Of a stretch of 27,149 nt of DNA, positions 8,603 to 16,026 are shown one piece after another (position 1 is the stretch's first letter; every line of letters begins with the position of its first letter). The notes beneath the pieces were generated by a model, which was not told where the DNA came from, searched no databases, and worked only from the letters and a program-made list of their open reading frames with translations. Source of the stretch: a virus. Lineage: Duplodnaviria; Caudoviricetes. The position numbers and the translations under genes are program-made. The DNA lies in the IMG/VR virus record IMGVR_UViG_3300037467_000533, positions 1 through 27,149 of that record; one strand, given 5' to 3'.

Positions 8603-9316
8603 ATGAGCAACACCACTGCTCTTGCCCGCAAGTTCAGGGTCGATGTCACGACCGACCTGACTCTCGCGGGTGGCTGGACCGAGCTGAAGGGCATCTACGC
8701 CCTCAAGCCGACCGTCGACCCGAACACCGTCGACACGAGCGCGTACGACACGGACGGGTGGGACTCGTTCGAGATCACGAGCAACGCGTGGGGCCTAACG
8801 GCTTCCGTGTGGCGCCGCACGTCCACGGGCGTCTACGACCCAGGCCAGGAGATCGCCCGTGCATGCGTCGGCCAGTTCGGCGACAGCGCCCGCGTCGGTG
8901 TCCGCTGGTACGACAAGGATGGTGGCGCCGAGGCTTACAAGGGTGTCGCGATCGTCAAGTGGGAGCGCGCCAACGACGGCGTCAAGGATGCTGACGCGGC
9001 CACGCTGACCCTCATGGGTGACGGCGTCCGCACCACGATCACCAACCCTGGCGTCGCTGCTGCTGCTCCAGTTGTCCTGTCGGCCACGCCGTCGGGTGCC
9101 GCTGCGGGCGAGCTCGTCATCATCTCCGGTTCGGGTTTCGCGACCGTCACGGGCGCTACTGGCGTCAAGTTCGGTGGCGTCAACGCTGCGGACTACTCGA
9201 TCGTCTCGGACTCGCGGATCGTGGCTTCGCTGCCTGCCGGTTCGGCTGGTTCGGCTGTCGTCCTCGTGACGAACACGGTTGGCGCGTCGAACGCGCTGGC
9301 TTACACGCGGGCCTGA
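8603..9316 (+). CDS. Major tail (tube) protein with a C-terminal IPT/TIG domain
   Basis: ALARKFRVDV...D.SAYDTDGW...DPGQE..R...VRWYD..G..EAY.G.A.V.W tube motif; Ig-like tail from about 9065; AGGAGG RBS before ATG 8603. Confidence 0.9.
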   Translation: MSNTTALARKFRVDVTTDLTLAGGWTELKGIYALKPTVDPNTVDTSAYDTDGWDSFEITSNAWGLTASVWRRTSTGVYDPGQEIARACVGQFGDSARVGVRWYDKDGGAEAYKGVAIVKWERANDGVKDADAATLTLMGDGVRTTITNPGVAAAAPVVLSATPSGAAAGELVIISGSGFATVTGATGVKFGGVNAADYSIVSDSRIVASLPAGSAGSAVVLVTNTVGASNALAYTRA

Positions 9317-9330
9317 CGGTCCCTCTGATC

Positions 9331-9366
9331 GTGACGGGCGCGGCTTGGCTGGGTCGCGCCCGTCAC
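9331..9366 (+). terminator. Stem-loop after the major tail gene (attenuator or mRNA stabiliser)
   Basis: Perfect 12-bp stem GTGACGGGCGCG / CGCGCCCGTCAC with no U-tract. Confidence 0.6.
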
Positions 9367-9401
9367 TCACAGCCACCCCAGCCAACAGCCAAGGAGTCCC
9401 C

Positions 9402-9869
9402 GTGAAGTCATGGGAGGACGTCGCCCCGGAACCACTCGCGTTCCCGATCGGCGGCAAGACCTACACGATCCCCGACCTCGACTACCGCGCGATGCTCACT
9501 ATGCAGAAGATCCGCGCTGGCGAGTCCACCGAGTACGACGACGCACCCGCCGAGGTGACGTGGCGGCTCGTCATGGGCTCCGCGTGGGACGAGATGATCG
9601 CAGACAACGTCCCCGCCGAAGCCATCGGCCGCGCCGGGCTCGCAACCCTCGCCTACTTCGAGCAGGGCATCGAGACCGCTGAGGCGATCTGGGAGTCCGG
9701 CGTCGACCCAAAAGCACTAGCGGCGGCGATCCTCAGCAGGAGCGGGCAGTCGCAGCCGAGCAGTACGGGCGAGGCGAGCGAGACCCCGTCACCGGTTGCT
9801 ATCAGTGGTACGAGTTCCCGTCGGACTTCATCGACGAAATCGAGGCGGGCGAAGGCATCTCCGTCCTGA
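9402..9869 (+). CDS. Tail assembly chaperone (gpG-like, unshifted product)
   Basis: AAGGAG RBS, GTG 9402; PL.FPIGGKTYTIP...MGSAWDEMIADNVP...AEAIWESG motif; lies between major tail and tape measure. Confidence 0.88.
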   Translation: MKSWEDVAPEPLAFPIGGKTYTIPDLDYRAMLTMQKIRAGESTEYDDAPAEVTWRLVMGSAWDEMIADNVPAEAIGRAGLATLAYFEQGIETAEAIWESGVDPKALAAAILSRSGQSQPSSTGEASETPSPVAISGTSSRRTSSTKSRRAKASPS

Positions 9870-10042
9870 CGCTGTGCAAGAAGTGGGATCTCGTCGTCGC
9901 CGACTTCGCGTCCGAGTACGGAATCCGTTTGGGCGCAGGCGTGTTCGTGTCGTGGCGCGAGTTCGAGTCGCTGCTGACTGGCCTGCTCGCGTCTGACACC
10001 CGCCTGTATCGACACTTCGCCCCCTCTGGGGATGACGACTAG
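9402..10042 (+). CDS. Tail assembly chaperone, -1 frameshifted product (gpGT-like)
   Basis: Slippery heptamer C CCA AAA at 9707-9713 is in the correct phase; the -1 frame is open to TAG 10040-10042 and encodes ...WDLVVADFASEYGIRL...WREFESLLTGLLASDTRLYRHF. Not in the ORF track. Confidence 0.85.
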
Positions 10043-10051
10043 GAGGCCGAC

Positions 10052-12901
10052 GTGGCGGGCGAAACGAACATCGGCGGCATCGTCGGATTCCTCCGGCTTG
10101 AGAACGACCAGTTTGTTCGCGCCATCGACCACGCGATCTACAAGACCGAGATCCTCGACGGCAAGCGCGTCGACATCCGCGTCGACGCTGACACGACCGG
10201 CGCCGCTGCTGGGCTAGAGCGCACCGCTGTTCAGGCTGACAAGCTCGACGGTTCGGTGAAGCGTGTCAATGCGTCGTCGCGTTCTGCGCGTGGCGGTGTT
10301 GGTGCGCTCGCGACGGCTGTCATTGCCCTTGGTCCCGCGATGGTGCCGCTGGCTGCTGGCGCTGTCGGTCTCGGCGCCGCGTTCGGTGGCATGGGTGCTG
10401 CTGGTGTCGCCGCGCTTGTCGGCGTGATGCAGGAGATGAAGGCCGGCACTGTCGTCGGCGAGTCCTACCGTGCCACGCTCGGGTCCGCGAAGGCTGACCT
10501 TGAGGATCTGGCGTCGACCGCCGCTGGCAACGTCCTCGGCTCGTTCCAAGACGCCGTGACGGACCTGAACGAGCAGATGCCGGCGCTCAACGCGCAGGTC
10601 GGCGACCTCGCGACCATCTCCGGTCGCGCGGGCGCTGCTCTTGTCGGTGGGGTCGTGACGGGCTTCCAGACGCTCAACCCGCTCATGCTCGACGCGTCGG
10701 TGTACGTCCTTGACCTGATGCAGCGGTTCCAGGCTGCTGCTGGCGGGTCTGGGATGACCGAGTTCGTCGACTACGTGCGGTCGGTCTTCCCGACGGTCAT
10801 GTCTGACATTGAGGCCATCGTCGGCGCCGTCGCTCACCTTGTCGCTGCGCTCGCACCGCTGGGTGGTGGCACCCTGACGGCGCTGCGGACGTTTGCTGAC
10901 CTAATCTCGGCCATCCCGACGGATGTGCTGTCTGTCATTGCGACGCTCGCGACGAGTGTGTTCATCGGTTTCAGGTCGTGGCAGGCTCTTTCGGCTCCGA
11001 TCAATGGGCTGATCGGAATGCTCGGTGGCGTCGAGTCGATGTCCACGCGAGCCGCGACGGCTGTGCGCGGGCTTCAGATGGCTGCCGGTCTGATTGGTGT
11101 CGCAATCGCTGGCCTGTCGCTGCTGTTTGCGGCGAACGCCGAGGACCAGCGCAAGGCTGAGGACGCCACGAACCGTTACGCAGACGCCCTCCGCGCATCG
11201 AATGGAGTTATCGACGAGTCGATCCGGCAGAGCACCGCTAAGGCGCTCGCCGATGAGGGTGTGCTCGAGGCTGGCCGGAAACTCGGTGTTAATCTCGCGG
11301 ACCTGACCGATGCGGCGCTCGGCAATGCTGACGCGCAGGCCCGCGTGAACGCTGTGATCGGCGCCCAGAAGGACGTGCTCACTGAGGCGAACTCCGGTGC
11401 TAAGACTGGTGTCGCACGGAAGACTGAACTCGGCGAGGCCGCCGACAAGGTCACCAAGGCCATCGGGTTCGAGAACAACGCCCTCCATGACGGCATCCAG
11501 AAGAATAGGGATCTGGCTGCTGCGACGGCATCGACGGCTGGCGCGACGTCCAACGCTGAGATCGCGGCGCGCAACCTCGCGAGCACCTACGGCGTGAGCG
11601 CGACGACCTATGCGGCGGTTGCGACCAGCCAGGAGAAGCTCGCCGACAAGGCTGCTCAGGCAACGCTCAAGATGCAGCTCGAGAACGACGCTGCGGGCCT
11701 TCTGAAGCAGCAACTTGACCTCTTGGCAGGCGAGTCGCTGTCGGCGGCTCAGGCGCAGAACTCGTTCGACCGTGCGCAACTGTCGCTTGCCGGGCCCATT
11801 AAGGCGGCCAAGGAGGCGCTCGCTGCCGCTGAGAAGCGTGCCGGCGAGGTTGCGGCCGACTCTGGCAAGAAGTCTGCTGGTGGCGCCGCTGCGGTGCGGC
11901 GGGCGCAACTGTCGCTCGCTCAGGCTCAGGATCATCTCCGGCTCGTCCAGTCGAACGGCAAGGCGACCGCTTCGCAGTTGGCGTCGGCTCAGGATCGGGT
12001 CGAGCGGGCCACGCTCAACCTCTCCATCGCCCAGGGCAAGGCGGCTACGACGACCGGCGCCGCCACGCAGGCTCAGAAGGATGCTGCGAACGCTGCCGCC
12101 GCTCAGGCTCGGGCGAACCTTGAGGCCATGTACGCGCTCGAGGGCTCGTCTGAGGCTGCGGTGACGAACCGCGCGAACCTCCTCGGGCTGGTGCAGGCCG
12201 CCGAGCAGTCGGCCGAGGCTGAGGGGAACCGCACTGGTTCCAGCGAGAAGGGCCGGCTGAAGCTCATCGAGCTCCGCGCGGAGATCCTGAAGAACGCCGA
12301 GGCGAACGGCTTCAGCCGAAAGAAGGTTGAGGAGTTCATCGACTCGGTTCTGAAGATCCCCAAGTCGGTTCCGCCGACGAAGGTTGACCTTGACACGGCT
12401 GCCGCGCTCAAGAAGAAGGCGGCGCTTCAGGCTGCCATCAACGCCATCACGGGCAAGACGGTCACGGTCACACTCCAGCAGGTTTACACGACGCTCGGCC
12501 AGCCCGCCGCGCTGAGGGTGCACAACGAGCAGCGGCTGTCCGAGAACGGCGTCAACACTGAGTTTGCGCGGGGCGGCATCATCTCGGCTGGGGTGCGCAA
12601 GATGGCGCAGGGTGACATCTCGCGCCCGTCGATGATTATGCGGTCGACACGTCCGATCCTGTGGAACGAGGCGCCGGGTGGGGAGGCGTTCATCAGCCTG
12701 GCACCGCAGCAGCGGGCACGGTCGCTCGCGATCCACTCTGAGGTTGGGAAGATTCTCGGCGCAGGCGGGGGTGCTGGTGGCGGCATGACGTACGAGCAGA
12801 TGCGCACTCTCGCAGGGCTGCTCGGCCGTGAGTTCCGCAGATTGCCGGCGCCGAGCGTTGACATGGACGGCTTGTCGTCGCGGCTCGTGGGAGGTATGTG
12901 A
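10052..12901 (+). CDS. Tape measure protein (949 aa)
   Basis: Longest ORF; Ala/Gly-rich helical with hydrophobic segments and coiled coils; MAGETNIG.IVG.L.L start and C-terminal FARGG...WNEA.GGEAFI motif. Confidence 0.95.
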   Translation: MAGETNIGGIVGFLRLENDQFVRAIDHAIYKTEILDGKRVDIRVDADTTGAAAGLERTAVQADKLDGSVKRVNASSRSARGGVGALATAVIALGPAMVPLAAGAVGLGAAFGGMGAAGVAALVGVMQEMKAGTVVGESYRATLGSAKADLEDLASTAAGNVLGSFQDAVTDLNEQMPALNAQVGDLATISGRAGAALVGGVVTGFQTLNPLMLDASVYVLDLMQRFQAAAGGSGMTEFVDYVRSVFPTVMSDIEAIVGAVAHLVAALAPLGGGTLTALRTFADLISAIPTDVLSVIATLATSVFIGFRSWQALSAPINGLIGMLGGVESMSTRAATAVRGLQMAAGLIGVAIAGLSLLFAANAEDQRKAEDATNRYADALRASNGVIDESIRQSTAKALADEGVLEAGRKLGVNLADLTDAALGNADAQARVNAVIGAQKDVLTEANSGAKTGVARKTELGEAADKVTKAIGFENNALHDGIQKNRDLAAATASTAGATSNAEIAARNLASTYGVSATTYAAVATSQEKLADKAAQATLKMQLENDAAGLLKQQLDLLAGESLSAAQAQNSFDRAQLSLAGPIKAAKEALAAAEKRAGEVAADSGKKSAGGAAAVRRAQLSLAQAQDHLRLVQSNGKATASQLASAQDRVERATLNLSIAQGKAATTTGAATQAQKDAANAAAAQARANLEAMYALEGSSEAAVTNRANLLGLVQAAEQSAEAEGNRTGSSEKGRLKLIELRAEILKNAEANGFSRKKVEEFIDSVLKIPKSVPPTKVDLDTAAALKKKAALQAAINAITGKTVTVTLQQVYTTLGQPAALRVHNEQRLSENGVNTEFARGGIISAGVRKMAQGDISRPSMIMRSTRPILWNEAPGGEAFISLAPQQRARSLAIHSEVGKILGAGGGAGGGMTYEQMRTLAGLLGREFRRLPAPSVDMDGLSSRLVGGM

Positions 12902-13641
12902 TGAGCACGTCTGCGATCACTCTCGACTCGTTCCCGCTCGTGGGGTCTACTCCTGGCGGTGGCCGGGCACGGGTGACGGGCTTCGATGGTTGGCTGTCGT
13001 CGTCGCAGCGGCGCAATCGTGGCGACCGCACTGGCCGTCATGGCGGCTTCGGGTCGACGGGTCTGCGCACGGCGAAGGAGATGCGCCTGCGCGGCACGGT
13101 CACGTATGCGTCTGCTGCGACGTGTGCTGCTGAGCGTCGCACATTGCTGGCGCTCGGCGGGTCGGGACTGGCGGTCGAGCTCGAGGTGACGGACGCACTG
13201 GACACCCTCACGCTGAGCGTAGGTGTGGATGACGCGGACGTGAAGCCGCTGAACGACCGCACGCTGTCGTTCGAATTCACTGTCACGGCCGATGACCCGT
13301 TCCCAAAGGCTGACGCCGCGAACACCGCCGTCGCCATTGCGGCTTCGTCAACTGAAACTGTCGACAACGACGGTACCGCGGCGGCTGACCTGCTCGTCAC
13401 TGTCACGTCACCCGGAACGGTCATCCTCACCGCGGGTGGCCTGACGCTCACGACGACGTCACTCGCTGCGGGCACGGTCATCGACACGGGCGCGTGCACG
13501 GTCACCTCGAGCGGCGGCGCGGACTTGTTCTCGTCGGTGGTCGCTGGTTCGCAGTGGCCGGCGCTTCCCGCTGGCGGCGGTTCGGTGCAGCAGGCGGGCA
13601 CGGCCGGCTTGTCCGTCGTCTCTTACGACACTTACGCCTAG
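12901..13641 (+). CDS. Distal tail protein (Dit-like)
   Basis: First gene after tape measure; V.GFDGW......R....HGGF, L.G, F..TA.DPF, V.N.GT, IDT, W..L..GG pattern; start 12898 or 12901. Confidence 0.78.
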   Translation: MSTSAITLDSFPLVGSTPGGGRARVTGFDGWLSSSQRRNRGDRTGRHGGFGSTGLRTAKEMRLRGTVTYASAATCAAERRTLLALGGSGLAVELEVTDALDTLTLSVGVDDADVKPLNDRTLSFEFTVTADDPFPKADAANTAVAIAASSTETVDNDGTAAADLLVTVTSPGTVILTAGGLTLTTTSLAAGTVIDTGACTVTSSGGADLFSSVVAGSQWPALPAGGGSVQQAGTAGLSVVSYDTYA

Positions 13642-13649
13642 GAGGGCGC

Positions 13650-14015
13650 ATGGCTACGTTCCCCACTTCTTCGTTTGGTGGCGATCTGCTCGACCAGCTC
13701 TCGGGGCACACGACGGCGTTGGCGATCTACACGGTGCCTCCGACGAAGGCTGGCGGCGGCACTGAGGTGCAGCGTGTGACGTTCTCGTTGGGTGCGTCGG
13801 TGGATGGCGGCGTAGGTCGCACGTCACAGCGCACGGGCACGAACGTCCTGTTCCTGGCGGTGCCTGAGGACTCTGCGGACCTGCTGGGCATCGCGATCGT
13901 GGACGACGACACGGACGAGATCCTCGTGGTGGATGACGCCTGGACGCCTGCCAACACGTTCTCGGCCGGCGCGAACATGCTGGTCGATGCGCTGACCGTG
14001 TTCACCGAGAACTGA
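13650..14015 (+). CDS. Small minor tail protein
   Basis: AGGAGG RBS, ATG 13650; LAIYT.PP...GGGTEV...GIAIVD pattern of ~120-aa phage tail/fibre-associated proteins. Confidence 0.7.
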   Translation: MATFPTSSFGGDLLDQLSGHTTALAIYTVPPTKAGGGTEVQRVTFSLGASVDGGVGRTSQRTGTNVLFLAVPEDSADLLGIAIVDDDTDEILVVDDAWTPANTFSAGANMLVDALTVFTEN

Positions 14016-14025
14016 CGGAGGCGAC

Positions 14026-15384
14026 ATGGGCGACTTTGACACCGTCTGGGAAGACCTTCCCTCCACCGATACTCCGATCTCTGCGGCGTACCTGACTGCT
14101 GTCGATGAGGCTCTGCGGGTCGCGACGGTCGCGTTCGTGACGACGCCCGAGGAGCATGGCGCGGTCGGCGACGGCACGACGGACGACACGGCCGCGATCA
14201 ACACCGCGATCGACGCCTGCGTGACCGCGGGCGGCGGCACGGTGCGGTTCGGGGCGAAGACGTACCTGTGCAACGGGTCGCTGGACACCAGTCGCGGCGG
14301 CAACGCCGTGATCCCGCTGCCGACCGGTCCGCAGCCTGTCCGCCTCGTCGGGGTCGCAGCTCCGAACCAGTGCGACCCGCGGACCGACGCCGGCCGCTAC
14401 ACGATCATCAAGACGACCAAGACCGGCCTGACCCGGTCGGGCACGGACGGCGTGCCGTCGCTCATCGGCGGCCCCACCGACAGCACGTGGGCCGAGACGA
14501 TGACCACCATCGAGAACCTCTGCCTGTGGCTGCCGAAGAACCCGACCATCGCCGGCATCGACTTGTGGCACGTCCGCCGATACCTGCTCGACGGCGTGTC
14601 GGTCATCGCGCTCAACACGGGCGACACCGACTACACCGACCCGACCAGCGTCTACGCGTTCGGCATCCGCACGGCCGAGCCGCTGAACTACAATGCCTGC
14701 CTCATCCGCAACGTCCAAGTCCACGGCATGTACGCCGCGATCGTCGGCTCCGTCGAGTCGCAGGTCATCGCCTACTTCGTCGCGAAGTGGTGCAAGGTCG
14801 GCTGGGGAGTCGCCCCCGGTGGGCACGGCGCGTCTGTGCTCAAGATGGACCTCTCGTGGTGCCCGTATTCGATCTCGGGCTGGTCGGAGACGGCCGGCGC
14901 CACCAGCGTCCAGACGGGTGCCCTGGGCGAGACCACGGCGCAGATCTCGGTGAATTACCTCGCCATCGAGGACTGGGGCGGCGCGTCGAAGTGGTACGAC
15001 CCCGTGTACGCGCTCAACGACTCCACGAACCGCGTCAAGGGCGTCGTCTTCTACGACTACTACGACATGGTCGACGGCATCGGCTCGACGTTCACGAAGA
15101 ACGGCGGCACCGGCGTCACGGCGATCTCGCTGCTGTCGCCATCGTTCGGCGGCGCCGGGGCGTCGCTGACCGTGCAGGACGAGAACGGCAACGTCGCCAC
15201 TGGCGTCACGCAGATCGACTTCCAGGGCGCAGGCGTCACCGCCGCGGCAGGCTCCGGCGAGGTCGTCGTCACCATCGCAGGCGGAACCGCCACCCGTGCC
15301 GAGCTGCTCATGCAGGACGGCGTCACCGGACCACCCGTGCCCCTCGAGAACGAGGCGCGCGACGACTGGCTCTACCAGGACTGA
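14026..15384 (+). CDS. Tailspike with pectate-lyase-like right-handed beta-helix (candidate depolymerase)
   Basis: TPEEHGAVGDGTTDDTAAINTAIDA...GGGTVRF...TY is the Pectate_lyase_3-type cap; N-terminal W.DLPST.TPISA..L attachment-like motif. Confidence 0.82.
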   Translation: MGDFDTVWEDLPSTDTPISAAYLTAVDEALRVATVAFVTTPEEHGAVGDGTTDDTAAINTAIDACVTAGGGTVRFGAKTYLCNGSLDTSRGGNAVIPLPTGPQPVRLVGVAAPNQCDPRTDAGRYTIIKTTKTGLTRSGTDGVPSLIGGPTDSTWAETMTTIENLCLWLPKNPTIAGIDLWHVRRYLLDGVSVIALNTGDTDYTDPTSVYAFGIRTAEPLNYNACLIRNVQVHGMYAAIVGSVESQVIAYFVAKWCKVGWGVAPGGHGASVLKMDLSWCPYSISGWSETAGATSVQTGALGETTAQISVNYLAIEDWGGASKWYDPVYALNDSTNRVKGVVFYDYYDMVDGIGSTFTKNGGTGVTAISLLSPSFGGAGASLTVQDENGNVATGVTQIDFQGAGVTAAAGSGEVVVTIAGGTATRAELLMQDGVTGPPVPLENEARDDWLYQD

Positions 15385-15393
15385 GAGGCACCC

Positions 15394-15981
15394 ATGGCCA
15401 AGGCATCAGACAACGTCTTCCCCTACCTTCACGTCGCCCCGGCAGCGGCGCCCGCATCTCCTTCGGCTGGGTCGCAGCGGCTCTTCCTCGACAGCGCTGA
15501 CGGCAACAAGCTGAAGCGCAAGGACTCGTCTGGGACGGTGACCACGATCGAAGGTGGCTCTGCCTCAGGCGTGCTCGCTTACACGTCCTACAATCCCGGC
15601 ACGCTTTCGTCGTACACCACCACGTCGACCACCGTGAGCGACGTCGACGCGACGAACCTTGCCGTGACGTTCACGGCCCCAACCAGCGGCAAGGTCCTGG
15701 TCACGCTGAGCGGCGTCGGCGGTGCCAGTGGCACGGCCAACGACAACTCCCTGTGGGCGCTGCGCGAGTCGACGACGACCATCGCCGGCCCGTCGAATGC
15801 CCACGCCGGCAACGGTAGCGCCAACTCGAACCTGACCATGTCGTTCGTCATCACGGGCCTCACTGGCGGCTCGTCCTACACGTACAAGTGGGCATGGAAG
15901 TCGAGCGTCGGAACCAACACCGCGCGCCTGTACGCCGGGACTGGAATCCAGGCAGTCATGACGGTGACCGCCCTGCCGTGA
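15394..15981 (+). CDS. Minor tail / fibre protein with a C-terminal beta-sandwich
   Basis: Ser/Thr/Gly-rich; L.VTFTAPTSGKVLV...ITGLT.G.SYTYK motif frequent in actinophage fibre tips. Confidence 0.72.
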   Translation: MAKASDNVFPYLHVAPAAAPASPSAGSQRLFLDSADGNKLKRKDSSGTVTTIEGGSASGVLAYTSYNPGTLSSYTTTSTTVSDVDATNLAVTFTAPTSGKVLVTLSGVGGASGTANDNSLWALRESTTTIAGPSNAHAGNGSANSNLTMSFVITGLTGGSSYTYKWAWKSSVGTNTARLYAGTGIQAVMTVTALP

Positions 15982-16026
15982 CCGGCGCCACCAGCAGCGC
16001 AGGCCAGACGTTGGAAGGGGTGACCC

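Noticed and set aside
11770-11920. Repeated gcgcaactgtcgct (RAQLSLA twice) in the tape measure gene
   Set aside because: Short internal repeats are normal for tape-measure coiled coils.
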